From: Mantamonas sphyraenae STR306
Taxonomy: Eukaryota; Protista; CRuMs
Direction of reading: 5' to 3'
Length of the DNA: 64,000 nucleotides
NCBI GenBank assembly: GCA_026936335.1
Contig: JAPMXV010000013.1
Span: forward strand, 124,001-188,000
The position numbers and the translations under genes were made by a program. Under the pieces are notes generated by a model that did no database searches, had not been told where the DNA came from, and worked only from the letters and a program-made list of their open reading frames with translations. Of the stretch, positions 45,501-56,009 are shown in pieces. Each line of letters starts with the position of its first letter. Position 1 is the first letter of the stretch.

Positions 45501-47830
45501 GGCTCGTACGCCACCGTCTGGCCGTTGACCTTGTATCGCACCGGTTGCGTCAGGTCCGCTTCCACCACGTCGATGAGCTCGTCCAGATTCATGGCGTCGA
45601 GCCACAGCTCTGTGCGTTGGCGTGCTCCGGTTTCGAGATTGGCCCTGCTGGAGCGTGCGTGTGCCTCGCGTCGCTTGCCCGATTGCTGTGCAGCTGTGCC
45701 TGGTTGCTGGTTTTGCATGCCAGCGCCCGCCTGGGCCATGGCCAGCACATCTGGGTGTTGGTACATGGAGTCGCCTGCGAGGCGTGTGTCGTAGCCGCCG
45801 CTGTACGGGGACTGGTGCATGGCGGCAGCTGCACTCTGCATGGTGTTCCACGGATACATGAGACTGGACGACCACAGCGAACCACCCATCATGGAGGGCG
45901 GCTGACCGTGCGGCGACGTGCTCTCCTGCTGCTGCGGCGACGTGTCGAGGCGCATACGCTTGGCATCGTGACCCATGGACTCGGTGGAGTCCAGGTAGTT
46001 TGTGTTGGGCACACCGTACAACAGTGGGTGCTTCTGTTGATGAAACAGGCGCATCTGTTCGTCCAGGGCATCGCGTTGCGGCCCACGCATGGCCTCCACC
46101 GTACGCTGGGCTGCAGCCGCCTGTGCCTGTTGCAGCAGGAACAGCTGGTGCTGCAAGTATTGGTGCTGCTGCTGCTGGTTTTGTTGCACGCGCACCAAAT
46201 GCTGCTCCAGCTTGAGACGCATCTCGGCTTCCTGCTTGAGTTTCTTGGCCATGTCTTCGCGTGCCACACGCTCCTCCTCCAGGGCGTCCAGAAGCTGGTC
46301 GATGCTGTGTTTGCGATCGGCTGCGTCGTTGCTTGTGTTGTTGATGTTGTTGTCGTCGTCGGTCTCGTCCTCCTCGTCTTCCGCCTCCTGCTCCACCACC
46401 TCCCGCTTGCGCTTGCGCGTCTTGCTGCCCGAGCTGGTGGAGCCTGCGCCGCCACGTGGGCGTTTGGATGTCGATGATGACGCGGTGGTCGTAGTGCCTC
46501 CGAACTGCTCCAGGAAGAAGTTGGCCGTGCGTTGTTGCCGTGCGTGCATCTGTTCGTCCACCTGATTCATCGACTGCGACTTGGCCACACGCGACCGCTG
46601 TCGTCGCAGCTTGCTCACCAGCTCTGGTTGTTTCTGTACAAAGTGTCGATGGAAATACACCAGTTTGGGCGACGATTGGCCGTCCGAGTGCTTGATCTGC
46701 TGGAAGCCATACCGCTCCAGTTGGATGTGCAGTTCCGCCTCGGTGATATCCAGCCGCTCCGCCAACGCCGCAGCATCGTTGATTTCAAATGTTTTTGTGT
46801 CCACCCACCGTGCCGCAGGCACATGCTCCTCGTCCAGGGTCGGAGAGTGGGCAAGCACCGCGTGCAGTTTCCGTGGGAACGATGTCCGTTGCGACTGCCG
46901 CGCCTTTGTGGTGGACTCTGTGTGTGCGTGTGTGTGCGTGTTGTGGACGGGTGGATGCGAAAGGGAGGCCTGGTGTGAGGAGGAAACGGCGGAACAAGCC
47001 TGTGGATCAATCCGCTCCCGCTCTGGGTCTAGAAGGTGCTCGTACAACGCGCACACGTGCGTGTGTGGCCAGACGGAGCCGTGGACATGCAAACGGGAGG
47101 CGATGGGAAGTAAGAAAGGCAGAGAAACGACATGCATGAGGTCGATGTGCAGGTGTGTGGGCTGGGCGAGCAAGTGTGGCCGGACGGGAGCCACATTCGA
47201 ACGGGTGCCCTGTCAAGAAGGGGAGCACTCACCTTCGCCTGAGCTGTCCATGCTCTTGGACGAAGCACTGCGGCTCATGATCTGCATGTCCATGAGCTTC
47301 TCCGGTCGATCGCGCTGGAAGAGAGAGTGGAACCACTCTGTGCGAGCGTGGAAGCGGTGGAAGCGGCGCGGGTGCCGGGAAGCGGGGCAGCTAGGGTCAG
47401 GCGTCTGCGAAACACGCGTTGTGCGGGGCCAGGGACAACACTGCACTGCATGCTTACCATTGCCTTTCCGAGAAAAGCCCAGGCGGCGCAACTCTGTGGT
47501 CAGCGACACGCTCTTGATGTGTAGTTCCTGGCAGAGCGCTTCTTGATCGAGAATTCTGGATGCGGGTTCGCGTCAGGAGGAGAAGGGGACGCGCGCGGGA
47601 CGACCACGGGACTGGGGGACGGAGGCAACGAGGCATGGGGGCAGGATTGGGACAAGGGGACACACGTACAGGAAGGAGGTGCCGCCGTGGGTCCACTCGA
47701 CGTTGGCACTCTGGTAAGGCTTGCCTGTGAGGAGGCCGTACAGACGATCGGGAACGGCGCGGTTGCGACGTCGTCGCTTCTTGCCCTTGTGGGTCAGAGA
47801 TGCACGCGATGATGCACTTTCCAACTCCAT
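42599..47830 (-). CDS. Double HSF-type DNA-binding domain + Q-rich coiled coil + BC-box + LRR (FBXL/AMN1-type) protein, ~1560 aa
   Basis: Exons 47830-47670, 47555-47458, 47337-47233, 46917-42599, all GT-AG and frame-consistent. HSF-like 1: RLYGLL...VEWTHGGTSFLILD...LRRLGF...EWFHSLFQRDRPEKL. HSF-like 2: SFPRKLHAVL...W...FEIND...QLERYGF...YFHRHFVQKQPELV. Then PPKLRVLCVRQM and many LxxLxLxxCxxITD repeats. Confidence 0.8.
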
Positions 47831-48059
47831 ACTGTTGCAGTGGTGAGGCGGTTTCGGGGACACTGGCCGCACACGGGGGGGGGAGTTTGCCGGGGCGGGG
47901 AAAGGGTGGGTTGGGGATCGCGCGTCGTGCGCCACACAAAGCCCATCCCCTCGCACAAACGTGAGTATAGTGTGATAATCGTCCAATTGGAATCACGACG
48001 GGAGATGGGCGCACGATGGGGCGAGGAGGGCTGACACGGACACACGAAGCAGGTCGACG

Positions 48060-49130
48060 ATGGGAATCGGCAGCAGCACAGAAGCGAGTCCCGAAGAACA
48101 GATGGCGTTGGTGAAGGAGATTTTGCACGAAACTGAAAACAGGGATTCTTTCTGGTGCGTGTTCACCGCAGAGTGTGGCCCAATGACGGAGGAGAAGTTC
48201 AAGCTGATTGCAAGGGCCCTGTTGCAACAGCCAGTGTCGTGGCTGCGGCTGGAGGGGATGGACATGCAAAACAAGGAGACGACGGCGCTGTGTACCATCC
48301 TGAGCAAGTGCAAGCTGCAGCAGGCGCGGATTGCCATCGTCGGGAGCACAGGCATCGACATGGGGGCGGCGGAAGCAATGGCAAGTTTGCTGGAGAGCCA
48401 GGCTCAGGTGATGGCGTTGGATGTGTCCGACTGCACGGGCCTTGGAGACGCAGCGACAGAATTGATTGTGCGGGGATGCACGAACAAGCACCTGAGGTTG
48501 CTCTCGTTGGCAAACGTCGGGCTGGAGGGGCAGCACGCACACGAAGCGCTGAACCAGCTGGTGGAGACTGAGCTGCAACTCCAGGGACTGCATCTGGAGG
48601 AGCTTCTGTTGAACGGAAACCCGCTGCAGGATGCTGTGGTGGACCCGCTGCTTGCGTGCTTACGCTCAGAGCGGTGCAAGCTGCGGCGTGTCGGCTTGGT
48701 CGACACAGGCTTGTCGTTGGAGGGCATGGAAGCAGTGCGCCAGGAGCTGCGCACAAACGCGTTTGTACACAAGGTGTGGATGCAGGACAACTGCACAGAG
48801 GGCGAGGAGGCCGAATTGGCCGGTGCCATCGAGAAGGAGTGCTTGTTTCTGGGCAGCTGCAACCAGGAGCTGATTCTCAAGGAGTGGCAACTGGCTGTGT
48901 GGGAGGGATTGCCCGCAGCACAACAGTTAGAGTACGACCGGTACCACGCAACGGACCAGGGCGGCGATGCGCTCATCAAAACACTCGCGGCGTTGCTGAC
49001 CGTGACACACAACCAGGAACACGCGCTCAGTGCCCTTGGCGTGGTGAGCTTGGAGCGATGGGAGACGTGCAAGAGTGTAGAGGTGGTTGAAGAGGTGATG
49101 GAGGCCCTGCAGAAGCTGCAGGACGAGTAG
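48060..49130 (+). CDS. RNI-like leucine-rich-repeat protein
   Basis: LDVSDCTGLGD, LRLLSLANVGL, LEELLLNGNPLQD, LRRVGLVDTGLS; N-terminal MGIGSS may be a myristoylation site. Confidence 0.75.
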   Translation: MGIGSSTEASPEEQMALVKEILHETENRDSFWCVFTAECGPMTEEKFKLIARALLQQPVSWLRLEGMDMQNKETTALCTILSKCKLQQARIAIVGSTGIDMGAAEAMASLLESQAQVMALDVSDCTGLGDAATELIVRGCTNKHLRLLSLANVGLEGQHAHEALNQLVETELQLQGLHLEELLLNGNPLQDAVVDPLLACLRSERCKLRRVGLVDTGLSLEGMEAVRQELRTNAFVHKVWMQDNCTEGEEAELAGAIEKECLFLGSCNQELILKEWQLAVWEGLPAAQQLEYDRYHATDQGGDALIKTLAALLTVTHNQEHALSALGVVSLERWETCKSVEVVEEVMEALQKLQDE

Positions 49131-49244
49131 GGTGGAACGGTTGGAAACAAATCTTTGCTTGTGTTGCTTGTGTGTGTGTGTTTGTGTGTGTGAAATGCGA
49201 TGGAGCACACGTGCTGTGTGCTACTCCATGTGTTGCCGTGGAAA

Positions 49245-50394
49245 TCACCACGCATTCTGGTTCATGATGGCGAAAAACTCGTTCTCGTTGATCTCGCCGT
49301 CCTCGTCCTGGTCAAACTCGTCAATCATGGCCTGCAGGTCCTGGTCGTCGATGGACTCGCCCAGCTCCTTGGTGATCTGGCGCAGGTTCTTGAGTGAGAT
49401 GGTGCCCGTGTTGTCTGCGTCAAACAGCTGAAAGGCCTTGCGGATCTCCTCCTCGGGATCGCGCGACAGGATCTTGTCGGTCACTGTGGATGGATGTGTG
49501 AGAGGTGAGAGATGGTAGGCAGGAATGGCAAGGGGCAGGAGGGTGAGGGACCACGTACTGATGGACTGGAACTCGTCGTAGTTGACGTTCTCCGACTGCT
49601 GCTTGCCAATGTCCTTCATGATCTGGATGACCTCCTGCTTCTTCTGCGCTCGGGAACAAAAGGGGCGGTGGCGGTGTGAGACGGGATGGCGGGGAGGGGA
49701 GGATGCTGGATGGCGTGTGAAGAAACGAACCACTTGGAAGCCCAGAGCGCGCATGGCGACCTGAAGGGACGGGTGAGTGCGCGGTGTGGTTGTCGATGCG
49801 TCGATGTACGTGTGAGCAGGGGTGTGCATGATGCGTGTGCGTGTGTGTGAGGTACACGGGAGCTGTTTGGGCGCGAGCCCGTTTGCCCATTGCGCGCGCC
49901 AAAACACACGGCGTTTCTGCGCCCCTGTGGCTGTGTGGGATATCGCTACGTCTCACCTTGAGTTCGTGGTAGTTGATTTCGTTGTCGCCGTTGGTGTCAA
50001 AGAGCTCAAATGCCTCCTTCATCTCTGTGATGCGTGTGCGGGCCGGCAGAAAGCAACGCAGCGCCGTCCGTTGGTGTGGCCTCGTCGTGTCAGTGGAAGC
50101 AGCACAGCCTCAGGCGGGGCCTGTGGGCACCGGACAGTGCACACCGCTTTGCAAAGGGGAGACATATGCCATCGCACACCCTGTCGTGGTTGTTGGAACG
50201 CCTGGTGACGTGTGCAACAGGTGCGAGGGCGGAGAGTGGCTCGTGCTGGAAAAGGCGGCGGTGGAAATCGTATCGTCGTCCGGGCGGTAAAACGCACCCT
50301 GCTTCTGGTCCTCCGTCAGCTCTGGCCTCTTGCTGCTGCGGCGGATGCGCGGGTTGGGCGAATCAAACATGGAAATGCGACCGAGCTGCGACAT
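49245..50394 (-). CDS. CETN3: Centrin-3/Cdc31-type EF-hand protein
   Basis: Five exons: 50394-50298, 50024-49957, 49760-49731, 49643-49559, 49483-49245. [33 protein letters not shown]...[14 protein letters not shown]...AMIDEFD.D.DGEI. Confidence 0.92.
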
Positions 50395-50568
50395 GGTGTC
50401 TGGGTTGGGTGGAAGTGTGTGTTTTGTGTTGGCTGGGCACGGGGTGCCATGCAAGAGAGACGAGGAGAGGGAGCGAGTGGCGGAGGGTCGTGCAAAGGGT
50501 AAAGATGACGGCTTGTGTGAGGGTTGGGTGGAATGTGGAAACATGCGCCCAGCCAGACAAGAAAACCG

Positions 50569-50974
50569 ATGAGCAAAAGCGTTCCCGAAATCGAGCAAGA
50601 GCCATCTCCAAGCCTTGACGAGGCAGGCTCTTCGTCGTCGTCGTCATCGTCGTCATCATCATCATCATCGTCATCGTCGTCGTCTACAGGCAGAGGCGTT
50701 GCGGGAAAAGACGGGGTCATTCCGGCGCCCGGCGTGGTGACGGTGGACCGCAAGAAGAAGCTGGCGGTGTTTCAGGAAAGCGACACAGGCTCGTCGACCC
50801 TGTCGCACAATCTGAAGAAGCAGTTCAAGGCGCGGCTGGAGGCAGCGTCCAGCAAAGAGGTGGAGCTCAACTCGGACGAGGTGGCCACCGTGGACGTGAC
50901 GCAGAGCGAGGATCTGATGGAACAGCAGATGGAGCTGATGCGAAACAAGCGCAAGGAGCGCCAGCGTGTGGTAT

Positions 50975-51007
<33 letters not shown>

Positions 51008-51730
51008 CACGAGGAAGAGAGGATGTCGCCGGACACTTTTTCGCGCGTGGAGCGCTCGCCCCCTTTTCGCCAGTCTGCAACCCGGTTTCAACTCACACTT
51101 TCGCCACAGCGTGAGAAGAAGGCGCAGTTTGAGCAGGATATGCCTGGGATTGAGGGCACCTGGGACTGCACGGGTGAGGACAATCCCATCCTGGCGCTGG
51201 GCAAGTTGCCGACCAAGGTGACGTACGTCGAGGCTGGCGATCTGTATGACAAGTACGCACAGGGTGAGGATGTGCTTGACAAGGAAAAGGTGCGCCTGTG
51301 CATGTTTGATGCGGCGTATGCAGTGCTGGTGCATAGCAGTGGCTTCAACGCTGCCATTTCCACGTTCTACGAGGCCATGGGCAACACTGTGTCTGATGAG
51401 GAAGCGCAGATGCTCGTGCATGCCCATGTGGTGTTTCCCGCGGTCAATGAGAGCAACAAGGACGACATCCTGCTGCTGGACTTTGTGGAGTTGCTGTCCA
51501 CCGAACACGGCCACGCAGAGGTTGAGGACGTGGAAGAGGGTACCAGCGAGACTTTGGACAAGCTCAAACGCTTGGCTGGCAAGGTGCGCGAGGAAGGCGG
51601 CTACTCCGAGTATGAGCGTGAGGAGCGCGAGCGTGTGTTGAACAGTACGGCCATTGTCAAAGAGACATTTCGCAAGAACCTTGCGTTTGCCATCAAGACA
51701 CTGTTTGCGTCCATGCTGACTACCCATTAA
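50569..51730 (+). CDS. Hypothetical protein (poly-Ser, coiled coil, possible degenerate EF-hand-like helices)
   Basis: Exon1 50569-50970, intron 50971-51109 (GTATGT(GT)n...CACAG), exon2 51110-51730 in frame. Confidence 0.65.
50971..51008 (+). repeat. Intronic (GT)n/(GA)n microsatellite
   Basis: gtatgtgtgtgtgt...gagagag at the 5' end of an intron. Similar (GT)/(CA) tracts occur at ~18775, ~19100, ~20160, ~31150 and ~57485. Confidence 0.85.
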
Positions 51731-51816
51731 CGGGAATGAGGGGATGGTGTGACGATTGGGGAGGGGGGGTGGGGGTGGGTGAGATGTGTTGCATGCACAT
51801 TGTGGAATGGAAGGTT

Positions 51817-52881
51817 TCATTTCTCGCCGACACTCCTGCAGACCAACTTGTGCATTGGCCAGGCCTCACGCTGGCACTTTCCCCCACAATACTGCACTGT
51901 TTTGCACCGAGCGCACTGGGCGAGCTTCTGTACACGGCGCATGCAGTTGTGGCAACAGGAGGCCAGTTTGATGTCAAACTCGTCGTGGCCCACGTCCTCG
52001 ACACGCTGGAACTGGCGGTCCCAATGAGCGTGCGGCAGGCTCACGGAGCCGTCCGAGGGCAGAGAATAGGTTTGGAAGTAAGCCAGGTAGGCGAGGAGGT
52101 CGTCCTGTGTGCGTGTTGTGTAGTTGCCCTGGTTGGACACGTTGAGGAGCTTGGAGAGCATGTCCAGGCGCACAAACGACATGTGATGCATCATGAGTTG
52201 GTCGTCGTCCAGCAGTAGAATGTCAGACACCCCCTGGACGCGGCGTGTGGGGTCCACCAGCACGGGAAAAGGTTCCATCAACCTGTACGCCAGCCTGTCC
52301 TCCTGCAGACGCAGCAACACGGGCACCCAGTTGGACTCGTCACGAGGCAGCAGTTCCCACTGCGGTTTCTTGAAGTAGTAGCGCATGCGAGCAGCACATA
52401 CGTCGTAGTTGTCGCGGTGCATCATCCGCAACGCCAGCTCCAGTTCCTCCTGACGGTAAAACTCGTCGCAGTCGGGTTGCAGCAGGTATGCACAGCCTGC
52501 AGCCAAACAGGCCTGTCTCCCCAGCTCCCGCTTCATGGTTTCGTGCAGGTACTGGGTGCCGATTTCGTCAGCCGCAGGCACGCCTTCTGCGTTTGGGTTG
52601 GTGGTGATCATAGCGTGGAGAGTGTCCTTGGATGTGTCGCCAGGCACGTATTCCACCAGTTCGTCGATGAGGCCATCGTCGCGCAGCTCCTCCAGCAGAG
52701 GGACGAGATGCGGGTTGCACGGGTTGCCCACGTTCGACTCGGTTTGATACACCACACACACGTGCAGAGCCAGACTACGCACATGTGCAAGACAAGGTTG
52801 CAGCAATTCCTGAGAGTCGAAAATGGAGATGGCCACCCCGAGCGACGGTAGCGCGTCCTCGTCCCCAGACGACGTGGACAT
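51817..52881 (-). CDS. GT-A-fold glycosyltransferase-like domain fused to C-terminal MYND zinc finger
   Basis: LGVAISIFDSQELL...VCVVYQ.ESN.GN, KRELG, DCDEFY (DxD), VDPTRR, MHHMSFVR; then CHNC...CARCKTVQYCGGKCQREAWPMHKLVC. Confidence 0.75.
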   Translation of the reverse strand: MSTSSGDEDALPSLGVAISIFDSQELLQPCLAHVRSLALHVCVVYQTESNVGNPCNPHLVPLLEELRDDGLIDELVEYVPGDTSKDTLHAMITTNPNAEGVPAADEIGTQYLHETMKRELGRQACLAAGCAYLLQPDCDEFYRQEELELALRMMHRDNYDVCAARMRYYFKKPQWELLPRDESNWVPVLLRLQEDRLAYRLMEPFPVLVDPTRRVQGVSDILLLDDDQLMMHHMSFVRLDMLSKLLNVSNQGNYTTRTQDDLLAYLAYFQTYSLPSDGSVSLPHAHWDRQFQRVEDVGHDEFDIKLASCCHNCMRRVQKLAQCARCKTVQYCGGKCQREAWPMHKLVCRSVGEK

Positions 52882-53036
52882 GGCCGTGGTGTTGAAGAAG
52901 GATGTGCTGGTCTGGACGGGGCAGCTTCTTTGTTGTCCCTTCTCTCTCTCTCCAATCTCTTCTTCGGTTGCATTGTAGCAACCCATTGGCGGTGTTCATG
53001 TCCGTGTGTGTGTGTGTGTTTCGAAATGGCAACGTT

Positions 53037-53848
53037 TCACGACAATTTGATGCGGTCGAGGAAGCCGGTGCAGTCGATCCAGGAGCCCCGAAAGGCCATT
53101 TGCGTCCACACAAACAATCCCACGGTGAGGACGCCCTGGTGGTGTTTGAACGGGCCCAGAATGACCAGGGCGAGCCAGACAAGGGACAGAATAAAGGCCA
53201 GCTTCGTGGTGCGACTGGGCTTGCTGAGAGGCGATCTGACGTCCAACAGGGCCACTCCTTTGCTCCCATGCAACAATCGAGCAAAAAGCACAGACCACAA
53301 CGTGGTGCCACAGCTGGACAGGACGCCTGTGATGAGGGCGGCGACAATGCTGCCGTAGGTCGAGTATCCCAGGGTGGCACCGCTGATCATGCTCAGTGTG
53401 GTGAGTATATACTGCACATGGTTGGCCACAGTGGTGAGATAGACGTTGTGGGTCATCTGGCGGTCGAGCCAGCCGTTCCAAAGATGGTTGTTTGCCCACC
53501 AGGCGAGCGAGGCGCGCAGCACAAACATGTCCACGTTGACAAAGTTGGGCGGCAGACCACACACCATGTTGCGTACAGAGCCAGAGCCAGTGCAGCTGAT
53601 GACTGTCATCAGCCAGTGGATGATGGGTGGCGTGGAACGCTTGGGGAAGCGCGAGTTCAGCTGGGCGCGCAAGCACACGCACAGACAACCAGGCAACCAG
53701 ACAACACATACAGTGATGATACAGTGATGTGTCAGCAACACGGTGAGGAGAAACGTGCACTCTCGCAGCTCACCTGACGGGCCTTGCGCAGGTATGCGAT
53801 GAGAATGAACCAGGTCCAAGCGCACTTGAGCGGCCACTCCAAGTCCAT
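53037..53848 (-). CDS. TRIC/TMEM38-like trimeric intracellular cation channel
   Basis: Exon1 53848-53774, intron 53773-53661 (GTGAGC...CCAG), exon2 53660-53037. P..HWLMTVISCTGSG..RNMVCGLPP, GVLSSCG and PSRTTK resemble TMEM38 motifs; about 7 TM segments. Confidence 0.6.
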
Positions 53849-55586
53849 GTTGACGACACAGCGACGCGTTTGGCTGAGTGTGGGCGGGCAACACCGCACG
53901 CTGCTGACTCTGTGCACACTGCTCCTGTGCATGTACACAATGTGTGTGGCAGCAACATCTGGGCCACAGTACCACAAGCTGTTGCATGTTGCGGTCGACG
54001 GCGAGAATAGCGACGGATGTGGCAAGCCGGAATCGCCGTGCGCAACCATCCAGCACGCGTTGCGACGGGTGGCACACAAGGGCACCGTGGTGGTGGGACC
54101 GGGAGTGTACCGAGGGGTGGGCAATCGGGGCCTGCTCATCGATGGCACTCGCAGTGTCCACCTGCGCTCGCAGCTCGGGGCGGAACACACCGTCATCGAT
54201 TGCCAGAACAAGACTCGAGGCCTTAGCATCAATGTGCGTGAGGGTTCCAAGTCGCGCGTCAATGACACCGTGCAAGGGTTCACCTTTCGCAACTGCTCGT
54301 CGCCCCTGGGCGAAGACGGCGGCGGCATGTCGATTCTTGCCGACGCCCCCGTCTCTGGCCTCCAGGTCATCGGGTGCCGGTTTGAAGAGTGCACCTCCAA
54401 CAACCGTGGTGGCGGCCTCTTTGTGCGTGCGTACGACGACAAAGTGGCGCCGGTGCTGGAAGACCTTGCCTTTGACAAGTGCAGGGCGTTTTCCGGCGGC
54501 GCCATGTTCCTGTACAACATCAAGGTGAATGCTCGCAACGTCAGCATGGAGGGCAACCGTGCCTTGGACATGGGCGGAGGCGTGTACTTTGAACAGTGCT
54601 ACACCGTCCATGTGGCGAACAGTTCCATCAAACGCAACCGTGCCGTGCGAGGCGGCGGCATCTACGCACAGTGGAGCAACCCGACGCTGGTCAATACCAC
54701 TGTGGAACACAACGGTGCCAACCAGGGCGGTGGGGCGTACATGACCACGGCGGTGCAACTGACCCTCATCCATTCGGCGGTCAACCACAACCGAGCCAAG
54801 CAGGGCGGCGGCCTGCATGGCACGTTTGCGCGTGTCAACATCACCCACAGCCGCGTCATGAGCAACGAAGCCATGATTGGAGGCGGCGTCTTTATCGACG
54901 CCACCGCCGTGCTGCACGTCCAGGATTCCACCCTCAACTCAAACATGGCCCTTGAAAACGGCGCCGGAATCTTGGCTCGCCACAATTCAGAGGTCTTTCT
55001 GCACCGTTCGCGTCTGTTGCACAACCGCGTGCCACTCAGCGACGAGGATGTTGCACGTGTGGGTGCCACACGCGCTCGCTACCTGGAAGCCCAGGCCGTC
55101 AGCTGCGCAAACTCCGTCGTGCACATGGACAAGGCCAAGCTGGGCCACGCCGTCCCTGCGGGCACCTACGATCGTGTTCAGGGCCTGCGTCAGTTTGACA
55201 ACATCTTTCGCTGCGAGCTGTATCCGGTCAACACCGAGTGTGAACTGCGTGGCAATGTCGATCCGGCCATTGCCGACTTGTGCGCACGTGCCTACTCCCA
55301 TTTGGTGGCCGAAGAGTTTGCCATGAGTCTGCCCACCCTGGCAGCCAAGCTGCGCGAGTGGGATGGTTCTTCCGAGGCGCTCATGGCTCTGCTGAACAAG
55401 TATGCGCAAAACCAGGAGGGCTGGTGGATGTTTGCGCTCAGCTTTGGCATCAGCCTCACCGTCTTTGTTGTCCTCGGTGTCGTGGTCATCAACATTTCCA
55501 ACTGTCTGTCCCGCAGCGCCGGTGGCAAGAAGAAGAACAAGAAGAAGGCGGCCAAGAAGGGCCAAACCAAGCCAAAGAAGGACTGA
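53847..55586 (+). CDS. Type I membrane protein with right-handed beta-helix (Pmp-like GGG/FxxN repeats)
   Basis: Signal-like N-terminus; CG..ESPCATIQHAL and PGVYRG.GN; repeated N.A..GGGhY; C-terminal TM followed by a polybasic tail. Confidence 0.82.
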   Translation: MLTTQRRVWLSVGGQHRTLLTLCTLLLCMYTMCVAATSGPQYHKLLHVAVDGENSDGCGKPESPCATIQHALRRVAHKGTVVVGPGVYRGVGNRGLLIDGTRSVHLRSQLGAEHTVIDCQNKTRGLSINVREGSKSRVNDTVQGFTFRNCSSPLGEDGGGMSILADAPVSGLQVIGCRFEECTSNNRGGGLFVRAYDDKVAPVLEDLAFDKCRAFSGGAMFLYNIKVNARNVSMEGNRALDMGGGVYFEQCYTVHVANSSIKRNRAVRGGGIYAQWSNPTLVNTTVEHNGANQGGGAYMTTAVQLTLIHSAVNHNRAKQGGGLHGTFARVNITHSRVMSNEAMIGGGVFIDATAVLHVQDSTLNSNMALENGAGILARHNSEVFLHRSRLLHNRVPLSDEDVARVGATRARYLEAQAVSCANSVVHMDKAKLGHAVPAGTYDRVQGLRQFDNIFRCELYPVNTECELRGNVDPAIADLCARAYSHLVAEEFAMSLPTLAAKLREWDGSSEALMALLNKYAQNQEGWWMFALSFGISLTVFVVLGVVVINISNCLSRSAGGKKKNKKKAAKKGQTKPKKD

Positions 55587-55598
55587 TTGGATGACGGT

Positions 55599-55974
55599 TC
55601 ATTTCAACTCTGCACGCACCCGTTTGATGCACTGAAACACAGGCAATGCCTTTTTCTCCTTGTTCTTCATCTTGCGCTTCTTCTTCTTTTCAAACTTCTT
55701 CTCCACCGCCGTGGCCAGTGCTGCAAGTCGTTTCAACGCCGGCTTCAGCAAGCCCTGCTTCTGTTTCTTGCCCAGGCTCTTGTTGGCCATCACAGCGTCG
55801 CACCAGGCAATGAGCTCGTCCATCCCCGACGGCATCTCGCCTGGTTCGTCGCTGGTAGCGTCGCTGCTTTCTCCACCCTCGTTGCTTTCTTCCTCTGGTT
55901 CCTCTGGTTCCTTGCCCTTGTCCTTGCTCTCTTCTGCATCTTGTGTCTCTGTAGTCTCACCTTCACCTGATCCT

Positions 55975-56009
<35 letters not shown>

